Assembly: GCA_037305845.1 (NCBI GenBank) | Contig: CP147778.1 | Span: forward strand, 2,528,001 to 2,592,000 | Length of the DNA: 64,000 nt | From: Candidatus Freyarchaeum deiterrae | Lineage (GTDB): Archaea; Asgardarchaeota; Jordiarchaeia; Jordiarchaeales; Jordiarchaeaceae | Direction of reading: 5' to 3' | In this document: positions 1-8,402 of the stretch, piece after piece | Position numbering within the stretch: the first letter of the stretch is position 1 | Layout: each line of letters opens with the position of its first letter | Position numbers and translations under genes: made by a program | Notes under the pieces: generated by a model | The model's database searches: none | Told to the model about the DNA's origin: nothing | The model's input: the letters and a program-made list of their open reading frames with translations, nothing else

Positions 1-29
1 CTTTGGACCATCCACCGTCAGCATTCCCC

Positions 30-1928
30 CTACTCACCTAAAAAATCATTCCAACTATCGAGTGATTCTTCTGTTTTGGTTGTTTCAGGTTTGTTCGACC
101 TTTTTGCACGATAATTTTCCATAATCAGTTTCTTAAGCTGCTGAGGTTCATAGTCAATTTTGCTACTTATTCCTCCGTCTCGTGAAACAATTATCTGAGC
201 CTTACCATTAACAACATGCTCATAGGTTTCAAGAGGCACATCGGGATATTCCCTCTTAAGACTCTCAACAAAACTCGCCACCTCAGGGCTCTGGGTAACG
301 ACCAAAATAGCAGAGTACCCGTTTCCACTTCCAGAATCAAAGAGCCTCCTCAACTCATTCTTAATACCATCATCAGTACACATCGTCTCAATAACGGAAT
401 CACAATTGGTTACTTCAGCCTCGGTTTCAACCACTCGACCACTTTTTGGAACAAGGGGCTCAGCATACAACTTTTCAGGCTCCTCGATTACAGACTTCCT
501 TTTCCCAGCCTTAGACTTCACCCTAATTCCACTCTCTTTCGCCCTCTTAGAGCTCTTCTTCTCAGTTCGCGGAGCAGATACAGTATTGAAACTACGCGCA
601 TCTTTCTTAGACAAATCTTTCCGATTCCTTACTGCAACCCTTTCAACAGAGTCCGCTTCAAAAGTAGCAGTGGCTGACACCGAAGATTGTAGGTCAGTAA
701 GAAGTTTCTGAGCATTTTCAAATAATCTCGAAACATCCGCTTCACCCAGCTTCTGAGGAGTGTTTATTTCTAAGAATTGCTGAAACCCTTTCAGATTCAA
801 TCCAGTCTTTTCACAAACAAATTCCGCAACTTGTTGCAGAGACCCAAACGATGCTTTCCCAGTTATTTTCACGTAAATTTCCTTTAACCCAGAACTCACC
901 GCCCCTTTCAAGTGATAGGTACAGTTATCCCAGTCACCCTCAGCATACGATTTCTGTGCTAAATCCCATAGTCCCTCTCTTCTCTGGGCGAAAAATTTGC
1001 TATTGTTTCCTCCCTCTGTTAATAGGGGCTCAACATATTCCTCAACCTCCAACACCTTTGGAGCTTCCTCATCAGTAACGGGTTGAGAAACAGAGCTAAG
1101 CCTAAGCCTAGTGAGTTGTTTTGGAGATTCCGGGACTGTTTCGGATTTCCTTGAAATGGTTTGAGGGGGTATATCTCTTGCTGAATCTTGCACTGCGGTT
1201 AGCTCTTCCCTCAAGAGTTTTTTAAAATTGGCGACTCCCAATTCGTGTATAGCAAGTGATGCGGTAATGGTTGCTACAACGAGAACGGAGTCCAAGGTAA
1301 GCAGCGCTTGGAAAGACGCGGTGGTTTCGCTGAGAAATATTAACGGAACGAGCAGGGCTATAAGAGCCACGGTCAGGATTAACCCTTTTCTCGCACGTGA
1401 GTAGGCTTTCTGTAAAACCTCCGCCTTATTAGGTTTAAAAATTCTGTTGGCTTTCTTCAAAACATAGTTCCGCCTGCTATGCAGCAAAGATGGCAAATCA
1501 GATAGGGAAACTATCTCAACCGAGTCAACCTTGGAATCCCCCTCCTGGCGAGAACCGCTCACCAGGATTTTATCTGCTACAATAATTATTTGCTTACCCA
1601 TGTAATAGGGGGCGTTCACACCAAATACCTTTTTTAGCTCTATGCCGCTTGGAGCATTCGGACCATTGACAAATTGATTAAGCAAAAAGCCAGAAAATCT
1701 AGACAGTGTACGTCTATCTTCTCTAATTTTCTCCATAGAAGTAGCTCTGTACACGACAGCATCAAGGACACTGTAACCCTTACTTTCATATATCTTCCAG
1801 GCCACACGCACAGGAATCTTCTGATAAGACTCTACATCATATCCGTTGTCGGAAAAAATACGCGAAGCCTCACCCTTGCGGGGAGGCTCATCTCCTATTT
1901 GCTTCGTTTTTATTTCCTCCATACACAC
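30..1928 (-). CDS. Multidomain membrane protein: N-terminal alpha/beta domain, 2 TM helices, HEPN-like helical domain, basic linker, C-terminal alpha/beta domain
   Basis: 632-aa ORF with a hydrophobic pair (GLILTVALIALLVPLIF / LLTLDSVLVVATITASLAI). WDLAQKSYAEGDWDNCTYHLKGAV resembles the HEPN N-terminal helix but there is no RxxxxH. The next gene (ATG at 24, MLTVDGPK) runs off the window edge. Confidence 0.75.
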   Translation of the reverse strand: MCMEEIKTKQIGDEPPRKGEASRIFSDNGYDVESYQKIPVRVAWKIYESKGYSVLDAVVYRATSMEKIREDRRTLSRFSGFLLNQFVNGPNAPSGIELKKVFGVNAPYYMGKQIIIVADKILVSGSRQEGDSKVDSVEIVSLSDLPSLLHSRRNYVLKKANRIFKPNKAEVLQKAYSRARKGLILTVALIALLVPLIFLSETTASFQALLTLDSVLVVATITASLAIHELGVANFKKLLREELTAVQDSARDIPPQTISRKSETVPESPKQLTRLRLSSVSQPVTDEEAPKVLEVEEYVEPLLTEGGNNSKFFAQRREGLWDLAQKSYAEGDWDNCTYHLKGAVSSGLKEIYVKITGKASFGSLQQVAEFVCEKTGLNLKGFQQFLEINTPQKLGEADVSRLFENAQKLLTDLQSSVSATATFEADSVERVAVRNRKDLSKKDARSFNTVSAPRTEKKSSKRAKESGIRVKSKAGKRKSVIEEPEKLYAEPLVPKSGRVVETEAEVTNCDSVIETMCTDDGIKNELRRLFDSGSGNGYSAILVVTQSPEVASFVESLKREYPDVPLETYEHVVNGKAQIIVSRDGGISSKIDYEPQQLKKLIMENYRAKRSNKPETTKTEESLDSWNDFLGE

Positions 1929-1939
1929 CTTTCATCAAT

Positions 1940-2209
1940 TTACATAGGCCATCCACCCGATGGTGGAGGCAGAAAGGAACTTTTTTTACCTTTAACCCTT
2001 TTTTCCGAATCACCCTTCGGTTCTTCTAGCGATAGCTGATCGTCAGAACGCTTTCTTTTCAAAGTCAGCCCTAGTCTCCTTGCATGTTTCAATACAGTTA
2101 CCTCCGATACCCCAAGTTTTTCAGCGATCTCTCTCAACGTCAATCCTCGGCTGTGAAGCTGCTTCAGATCATCATCAGTAAATTTTCTACTCACCGTCAT
2201 AGGCCGCAC
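1940..2209 (-). CDS. Small helix-turn-helix protein
   Basis: GLTLREIAEKLGVSEVTVLKHARRLG is a classic HTH; alternative ATG start at 2200. Confidence 0.85.
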   Translation of the reverse strand: MRPMTVSRKFTDDDLKQLHSRGLTLREIAEKLGVSEVTVLKHARRLGLTLKRKRSDDQLSLEEPKGDSEKRVKGKKSSFLPPPSGGWPM

Positions 2210-2265
2210 CTAAGAAAGTGTTAAGTTTCAAAAAGTCTTTATAAAGACTTACCTCCTTTTACGAA
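2203..2265 (-). promoter_or_regulatory. Leftward BRE/TATA promoter inside the perfect palindrome AAGTCTTTATAAAGACTT (2233-2250)
   Basis: TTTATAAA at 2245-2238; shares TTCG.AAAAG...GTAAGTCTTTATAAAG...GTGCGGC with the rightward promoter at 2765-2827. Confidence 0.7.
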
Positions 2266-2449
2266 GAGTTCTTTTTTCCAGCTTTTGGTCTTCATTAGAA
2301 CTCCAATAATAATTCAAAAAAATATTATCGCTCTTTTTTTTGTATTAGGTCTTATAATGTTGTATTTTCTTTATCAGAGTATTATAAAGTCCTATTTTTC
2401 ATCCAAAAAAATTGCCAAACAAGTTACATATACCTCTCATTGTAAAAAA

Positions 2450-2478
2450 TGTGTAAAAATCGCCCAAAAAATTACACA
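2450..2478. promoter_or_regulatory. Inverted-repeat operator, copy 1 (TGTGTAA-N15-TTACACA)
   Basis: Perfect 7-bp inverted repeat with 15-bp spacer; same architecture at 2554-2582 and 15286-15314. Confidence 0.65.
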
Positions 2479-2550
2479 AAACCTGTTGGGGTGTCAATAT
2501 TATTAATTTATTAATTCCCTATTTTGGTTTCTCCAGTATTCGTACAACAG

Positions 2551-2585
2551 AAATATGTAATTTTTGACCATTTTTTTACATATTT
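2551..2585. promoter_or_regulatory. Inverted-repeat operator, copy 2 (AAATATGTAA-N15-TTACATATTT)
   Basis: Perfect 10-bp inverted repeat; its reverse complement shares GTTTGCAAAAAATATGTAA with 15274-15292. Confidence 0.7.
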
Positions 2586-2764
2586 TTTGCAAACGATAGT
2601 TCCGTAATGGATTCTCCATCTTTTCACTTTAGAAAAAAAGAATCTCATAAGACTCTAAAATGAAAACTAAAGAGTAAAAAACGGTATAAATTAAAAAAAG
2701 AGAAAAGATATGCCAAAAATAATTGAAAAAGTATTCATAAACCTCCAAATCAATCAAAAAAGCA

Positions 2765-2827
2765 TTCGCAAAAGTAAGCGTAAGTCTTTATAAAGGCAAA
2801 ACTGAATCTAGCATCCTTTAGTGCGGC
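2765..2827 (+). promoter_or_regulatory. Rightward BRE/TATA promoter of the radA-paralog operon
   Basis: TTTATAAA at 2787-2794; homologous to the leftward promoter. Confidence 0.7.
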
Positions 2828-2895
2828 GCAAAACATCATTGTAACCTCTCTATTATGCGACACCTGTTACATACAAATGAATTCGAGCGCCGCAC
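2821..2895 (+). ncRNA. Putative structured 5' leader (long hairpin)
   Basis: GTGCGGCGC (2821-2829) pairs with GCGCCGCAC (2887-2895); inner pairings TCATT/AATGA and GTAAC/GTTAC; a GC island in an AT-rich spacer, starting near the predicted TSS. Confidence 0.45.
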
Positions 2896-2940
2896 AACAA
2901 TAATCGCTAATCGTAAGAAAAAGGGATATGGTGAGAATGA

Positions 2941-3222
2941 ATGCCAGAAGTTTATTGTCAGGTTTTAAACCGGAATGTTGATGGAGGTTATTGTGCCTTC
3001 ATTTGTGAACTTCCAGAAACCGAGAAAAAAATCTTTTACAACCCAGTCAGAGGAATATACGCCGAATGCGACTTTTGCGAGGACACCCCAAAACCGGAAC
3101 CAGTCCGTAAAACTATCTCCACAGTTATAAAGAAGTCTGAACTGGAAAATTCCGAAGATACGCTGAGAATTCCTCAATCAGTGATTCGCAAAGTAATCAC
3201 CGTTTTGGAGGGGGACAAATAA
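2941..3222 (+). CDS. Small Cys-rich (putative metal-binding) protein
   Basis: 93 aa with C..CxxxC..CxxC; GGTGA SD upstream; stop overlaps the radA start. Confidence 0.75.
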   Translation: MPEVYCQVLNRNVDGGYCAFICELPETEKKIFYNPVRGIYAECDFCEDTPKPEPVRKTISTVIKKSELENSEDTLRIPQSVIRKVITVLEGDK

Positions 3223-4289
3223 TGGATTTGAATAACATTAAGGGTGTGGGGCCCGAGAAATCCAAGAAGCTTATGAACGCGGGTTACAGCACGGTGGAGA
3301 GTATAGCCTTCTCCTCATCCAGAGATCTCTCCATGGATTCCGGTATACCCGAGGAAACAGCCAGACAAATCATTGCTTCCGCCAAGATAATTCTTCGCTC
3401 TAAAGAAAACACGAAAGGCGGAAAACTGGTGGAGATTCTCTCCGGTAAAGACGCTAAAAAAATTCTAAATAGTATGGAACATATTACCACCGGTCTGAAA
3501 GGACTCGACAAGATTCTAGGAGGAGGAGTAGAGACCTGTGCGGTTACTGAGTTCTACGGACCCGCAAAAGCTGGAAAAACACAAATCTGCCACCAACTCT
3601 GCGTCACAGTCCAGCTCCCCAAAGAAAAGGGCGGCTTAGAAGCCCCAGCCATATACATAGACACCGAGAGAACGGTGAAATACGACCACATCAAAAGCAT
3701 AGCCGAGAGATTCGGTCTAGATCCAGACTTGGCAAGCGACAACGTGTTCTACGCCTACGCCATGAACAGTGAAGCCCTCTTCGACATGGTTCACAAGAGT
3801 CTAGATGAAGTAGTTCAAAACCGAGGAATTAAACTCGTAATCGTGGACTGCCTAACCGGACACTTCCGTGCAGAATACTGCGGAAGGGAGAGCCTGCCCG
3901 CAAGGCAGCAGAAAATTAATAGAGTTATCCACGACCTTCTGAGAATCGCCGTCTCCCACGACCTAGCAGTGGTAGTAACAAACCAGGTTCACTCACAACC
4001 CGACCTGTACGGAAAGAGTGAAAATCCCATAGGGGGACACACCGTGGCTCACGGGGTCACTTTCAGGCTGGGATTGAGCACAAGGAAACACAACATGAGA
4101 ATAGCAACCGTGGTTGATGCTCCAGCGCTGCCCCCAGACGAGACTTACTTCGCGATAACCTCCAAGGGACTAATCGACATAACCGCCAAGAATCTGAGCT
4201 CCAAGGAACCTATAGAATTCTCTGATGGAAAAGAGATAGAAGAAAAAGAAGACGAGAAAGTGGAGGAAGAGGAAGCAGTCACGGATTAA
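3222..4289 (+). CDS. radA: RadA/Rad51-family recombinase, divergent full-length paralog
   Basis: N-terminal HhH (IKGVGPEKSKKL), Walker A GPAKAGKT, YIDTE, Walker B LVIVD, HFRAEY.GR..L..RQQK, TNQV, PIGGH. Confidence 0.92.
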   Translation: MDLNNIKGVGPEKSKKLMNAGYSTVESIAFSSSRDLSMDSGIPEETARQIIASAKIILRSKENTKGGKLVEILSGKDAKKILNSMEHITTGLKGLDKILGGGVETCAVTEFYGPAKAGKTQICHQLCVTVQLPKEKGGLEAPAIYIDTERTVKYDHIKSIAERFGLDPDLASDNVFYAYAMNSEALFDMVHKSLDEVVQNRGIKLVIVDCLTGHFRAEYCGRESLPARQQKINRVIHDLLRIAVSHDLAVVVTNQVHSQPDLYGKSENPIGGHTVAHGVTFRLGLSTRKHNMRIATVVDAPALPPDETYFAITSKGLIDITAKNLSSKEPIEFSDGKEIEEKEDEKVEEEEAVTD

Positions 4290-4307
4290 TTTAGCGAGGG
4301 ATGCACT

Positions 4308-6974
4308 ATGTGGAAACGGGGAGCAACTTTGGTTCTGGTTTCTCTCATACTTGTACTGATGATTTCAGTTCTTTTTGCAGCTGTTAGTTCATTCCCCGCT
4401 TTCCCCGTTCAACCTAGTGCAGCGGCTCAGTCCAGTTATGTTCCAAAATCTGTGGTTAGTGCTGCTTACCTCACCAATCAATCAACCGTCCAAAAATGGG
4501 AGAACTACTTCGCGAGTAATTCCAGCCAGACTAATCTGCAAAACGCAGTCGGGTTTCTTTCGGGCCTAGGAACCCGATATCCATCAAGTCCGACGTGCAA
4601 CAATTCGGCGGACTATATTTACACAACTCTTTCTTCATATGGTTACACACCCCTAAGAGATTACTTCACGGTTATGTGGCAGGGCAACCCGTACATTACC
4701 CAAAATATATACTGCATCAAGCCTTCTTCTTCGTCATCGGACATAATTCTTTTAGCCTGTAACTACGACTCAATAAGGGCTTCCAGAATAGGGACAACAA
4801 TTTACGATCTTCAGAACACTAGTTGTCCGGGTGCTGTAGACGACGCGACTGGTGTGGCGGTGCTTCTTGAAACCGCTAGATTAATCGCCAATGTAAGTCT
4901 TGATAAGACTCTGGTTTTCGTTTTTCTGAGTGGAGAGGAAGGAAACAGCACAACGGAACACTGGTTCGGCTCAGAACAACTGGTAAATCAAGGATACAGC
5001 CTATTCACCACACAGCTCTCAAACATAAAACGAGTAGTATACTTGGATACTCTCGGGGAGTCCCCGTACGGGGCACCGTATGAAAATATTACGCTTTTCT
5101 CAACTCTCGCAGTATTACCACAAAAAAGTTCCCTTATTGGTGCGGCGTCTGACCTAGGTATTAACGTCATCTCTGCGAATAATTCGAGGGTTTCATCAAT
5201 TTCAGATGCTCAAAACCAGTTTTGTACGGAATGGATGTTACAATCAGTCCTGCCCACGATAACTATCTCACAGAATGACTGGAATCTCGCCACGAGCAAA
5301 AGATTAACTGAGCAGGACACGGCCTCCATAGTTGATTACACCTTTGTTGATAACGTCACAGAGGTCGTTACAGGAGCACTGGTACGGGAGTTCTTCGTCC
5401 TTCCGCCAAGCTCTCCCAGCTACGTAGACGGTTGGAAGAAGCTCGCAAACCTAAACCAATACGGGGTTAACCTATTTGAGGTGGACTATGTAGAATACCT
5501 AGCCCACCCGAATTCCGATGTTGTAATAATAGGACCTAGGCTACACTTTACACCCTCCGAGCTCCAGCAGCTAATTGGTATCGGCAAGCCTCTCATCTGC
5601 ACAGGTGGAAATGGTGTAGAGTTGCTTAACAGTCTAGGTGCCCAGGTTACTGGCATTTCCTCTAATACTGATTATGTTTCTCTAACCAGAATGGATTTGT
5701 TCTATCATCCTGTATGGGAAAACGTGGAGGAGAACACCACGGTAACAATCAATCAGGGGCAGTCCACCCTCATTACCGCCGGAAACAACTTCTTCTCATT
5801 CTTAGGATTTAATGGAACTTGCTGGATGGGATTCTACTATGGTAACCAATCACTAAAGTATGTCTTCTATGTGGGAAGAGACAACCCTTCGAATCTAAGC
5901 GATAAAGGGAAACAAATTCTGAGCAACCTGATATTCTGGAGTGCTCAACAGCAGGAAAATGTTCTACAGATTCAGCCCACAAAAATTGTAGCTGGAGAAA
6001 ATACCAACCTCACCATGGCCATAAGGAGCGCTCTGAGCTGGAACGTCATACAGGCTGACACATTGAATCTAACCATCACCCAAAACGGGGGATTAGTATA
6101 CCAAGATTCCATTCCCACGTCGAACGGCTACTTTAGTGTTAATCTTGATCTAAACCTTGGAGAGTATATCTTTACGGTGTCAAATGGCACAGTTTCTGCC
6201 ACAAGGATAATACAGGTATTAATGCCGTTTATAGTTCAGGTTTATTCTTCTCCATTATTGGTTCAGAATGAGTATGTTCTATTGGTTCTAAGAATTGATA
6301 GTCTATCATCATCCCAGCAAAATCTCGGTGTATTTATCCCAGAACTTCAGGTGTTTAATCAGGTTAATCTACCCTCAAACCAATCGGTGACGGTCCTAGT
6401 TCCCGCGATTTATACTCCTTCATCAATTTACGACCAAGGCTTTCACCTATTCACGGTTCTGGTTCAAGGTTCTTACGGTAGTGGTTCGGTTTTCCCCATG
6501 TGGATATCTCTAGATGCGAGTAGTCTGATTCTCGGGTACATTCTACCCCTAATTGCTATTTTGGCAATCAGCTTCCTTACTTACAGAAAGATATACGTGG
6601 TTAAACTTCCCGAGAAGATAAAGCTTAGGGAGACTAGGAGGAGAAACAGGAGAAGCTACTTTAACACTTTTGTCTTAGACTCGGAAATAATTGGAGTACT
6701 AAGAGAACGCCTCAAACAGAAAGGATTCCGAGAGAAGGCAAAAAACCGCTTCTACAACTCCGAAATGATAATCGAAATTGAAAATAAAGGGGATAAATCA
6801 TCCATTAGAGTCTTCTCTTCAATCCCATTCTCATCTAAAAAAGATTTCTTCAAACTAACCGAACGAATCAAAATAAACAGGGTCACCATCGCTAAAAACC
6901 AAGAAGCAAAACCTGAACCGGAGAAGGGCACAATATCCAAATTCAAAGGAGGGCTTAAGGATGATAGGTATTGA
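4308..6974 (+). CDS. Membrane-anchored surface protein with M28 peptidase-like domain (probably inactive), beta-rich stalk, TM and cytoplasmic tail
   Basis: Signal peptide; M28 motifs ACNYDS, PGAVDDATG, SGEEG, YLD; many N-x-S/T sequons; TM LILGYILPLIAILAISFLTY. Confidence 0.85.
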   Translation: MWKRGATLVLVSLILVLMISVLFAAVSSFPAFPVQPSAAAQSSYVPKSVVSAAYLTNQSTVQKWENYFASNSSQTNLQNAVGFLSGLGTRYPSSPTCNNSADYIYTTLSSYGYTPLRDYFTVMWQGNPYITQNIYCIKPSSSSSDIILLACNYDSIRASRIGTTIYDLQNTSCPGAVDDATGVAVLLETARLIANVSLDKTLVFVFLSGEEGNSTTEHWFGSEQLVNQGYSLFTTQLSNIKRVVYLDTLGESPYGAPYENITLFSTLAVLPQKSSLIGAASDLGINVISANNSRVSSISDAQNQFCTEWMLQSVLPTITISQNDWNLATSKRLTEQDTASIVDYTFVDNVTEVVTGALVREFFVLPPSSPSYVDGWKKLANLNQYGVNLFEVDYVEYLAHPNSDVVIIGPRLHFTPSELQQLIGIGKPLICTGGNGVELLNSLGAQVTGISSNTDYVSLTRMDLFYHPVWENVEENTTVTINQGQSTLITAGNNFFSFLGFNGTCWMGFYYGNQSLKYVFYVGRDNPSNLSDKGKQILSNLIFWSAQQQENVLQIQPTKIVAGENTNLTMAIRSALSWNVIQADTLNLTITQNGGLVYQDSIPTSNGYFSVNLDLNLGEYIFTVSNGTVSATRIIQVLMPFIVQVYSSPLLVQNEYVLLVLRIDSLSSSQQNLGVFIPELQVFNQVNLPSNQSVTVLVPAIYTPSSIYDQGFHLFTVLVQGSYGSGSVFPMWISLDASSLILGYILPLIAILAISFLTYRKIYVVKLPEKIKLRETRRRNRRSYFNTFVLDSEIIGVLRERLKQKGFREKAKNRFYNSEMIIEIENKGDKSSIRVFSSIPFSSKKDFFKLTERIKINRVTIAKNQEAKPEPEKGTISKFKGGLKDDRY

Positions 6975-7413
6975 ACAATTACTAGGTTGGATGGTTAACT
7001 CATTAATTTACGATGGGATTATACTCTTCATCGCATTTTTCATCGTGTTTCTGAGTCTAAAAGTAGCCATAACATTTCTAAGAGCAAACGAATCCCAAAC
7101 CGTTCCCCTGATTCCACCAAAGCTACCAGTGTCGGAAAAAGCTAATCCCTACGTCCAGCTAGCTGAAGCCCTAGAGAAGGGCGACCAAGGAGCATTATTA
7201 TGGCTGATGAGCCAAAACACAACCAAGAGCAGGATTCAAAAAACGCTAAACTCAGCTTCGGTGGACTTGTTTTTGGGAATAGCTTCCCTGTTAACAGTTT
7301 CCAGTGCTTATATCAAGATTAACGCTCTACCAGTGTCGGACTGGATAGTAATCCTAATGATTATAGCAGCCCTCATTCTTGTGGGCGTCTCATACCGGAG
7401 GGCGAAAGGTTGA
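6961..7413 (+). CDS. Small membrane protein (about 3 TM)
   Basis: 150 aa with three hydrophobic segments; overlaps the upstream stop; GGAGGGG SD. Confidence 0.8.
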   Translation: MIGIEQLLGWMVNSLIYDGIILFIAFFIVFLSLKVAITFLRANESQTVPLIPPKLPVSEKANPYVQLAEALEKGDQGALLWLMSQNTTKSRIQKTLNSASVDLFLGIASLLTVSSAYIKINALPVSDWIVILMIIAALILVGVSYRRAKG

Positions 7414-7529
7414 CTCTTATCAAAAACAAAACGCTCAACGGAGCCAAAAATCACCAAATTTGGAACAACACCAAAATCAGATGGAATAAACAATTTAAAG
7501 TAATCATATAATAAAGAGGAGGTTTAGAA

Positions 7530-8378
7530 GTGTCTGCTGAAAATGAAGAAACAGAAAAAGAAAAAGAAGAACCCAAGGAACCATATATCAAGTGGAAAGA
7601 TAGAAACGCCAAACTTTTCAGCCTCAAGAACGTAGCCAAGTTCATGGTTGTAGCAGTCGTCAGCCTACTATCCTACTTTGCTTCAACAGCATATCTCTCA
7701 TATCCGTACTGGATAATAACGACCGCTCTATGCACCTACATCTCGATGTGCTCAGTGAATTCCAAGTTTGCTTCGCCATTTCTTAGATTGCTTAGTCGCG
7801 GAAAGTGGCCTAACAAAGACAAGTTCTCACTGGTCGATCCGTTACAGGACATGACCTTCTTCTTCATGGGAGGCGAGGATTCCGTTCTAATAATGCGTGA
7901 TAGCTACAAGCTTGCCGCCTACGCTATGATGAAGGTGGAGGAAATCCCCCTGAGCATAAGAGGAAGCTTCAACTACTTCTTCCGAACACTCTATCTCCAA
8001 AAAATACCAGTAACATACTTCGTGGAAAGCAGCCCGGTCTCAGAGAGAACGGTAAGGTTCCTACCAAACCTTGAGGAAGACAGCCGCCGATCCATCGCTA
8101 AGAGGGACAAGTCTCGCAGAAAAACTTACCTCTGGGGAGGCGGAGGCATCTGGACAACACGCATAGTCCTCGGAACCAAAAAGGAGACAATAGCACCAGT
8201 ACGCCTCGACAAATCAATTGGAAAACTTGTCGAAGAGGTCAAACAGAACGCTTTCACACTAGCCACAGCGTTTGAAAACTCTTACCCCCACTGCAAAATC
8301 GAACCCCTATTAGGCGAATCCCTGCTACAGGCTACAAAGGCTATGCTAACTGGCGGAGGGGTGTCCAATTTTTTCTAA
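7530..8378 (+). CDS. Membrane protein (2 TM plus alpha/beta domain); N-terminal half of a frameshift fusion
   Basis: GGAGG SD and GTG start; ends in the slippery T_TTT_TTC then TAA. Confidence 0.8.
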   Translation: MSAENEETEKEKEEPKEPYIKWKDRNAKLFSLKNVAKFMVVAVVSLLSYFASTAYLSYPYWIITTALCTYISMCSVNSKFASPFLRLLSRGKWPNKDKFSLVDPLQDMTFFFMGGEDSVLIMRDSYKLAAYAMMKVEEIPLSIRGSFNYFFRTLYLQKIPVTYFVESSPVSERTVRFLPNLEEDSRRSIAKRDKSRRKTYLWGGGGIWTTRIVLGTKKETIAPVRLDKSIGKLVEEVKQNAFTLATAFENSYPHCKIEPLLGESLLQATKAMLTGGGVSNFF

Positions 8379-8402
8379 CCGGGTTGGAGTCGTCTCCAAC
8401 TT
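8369..8402 (+). other. -1 programmed ribosomal frameshift signal
   Basis: T TTT TTC (8369-8375), 7-nt spacer, perfect hairpin GTTGGAG-TCGT-CTCCAAC (8383-8400); the downstream ORF is in the -1 frame and open through the site. Confidence 0.75.

Noticed and set aside
2285-2760. Replication origin, or small ORF 2285-2506, in the AT-rich spacer
   Set aside because: No convincing ORB repeats or adjacent cdc6/orc1; the ORF is low-complexity and overlaps the operator motifs.
2821-2896. tRNA gene (75 nt, GC closing stem, TTCGA)
   Set aside because: No D-arm, anticodon arm or T-arm geometry; TTCGA abuts the closing stem.
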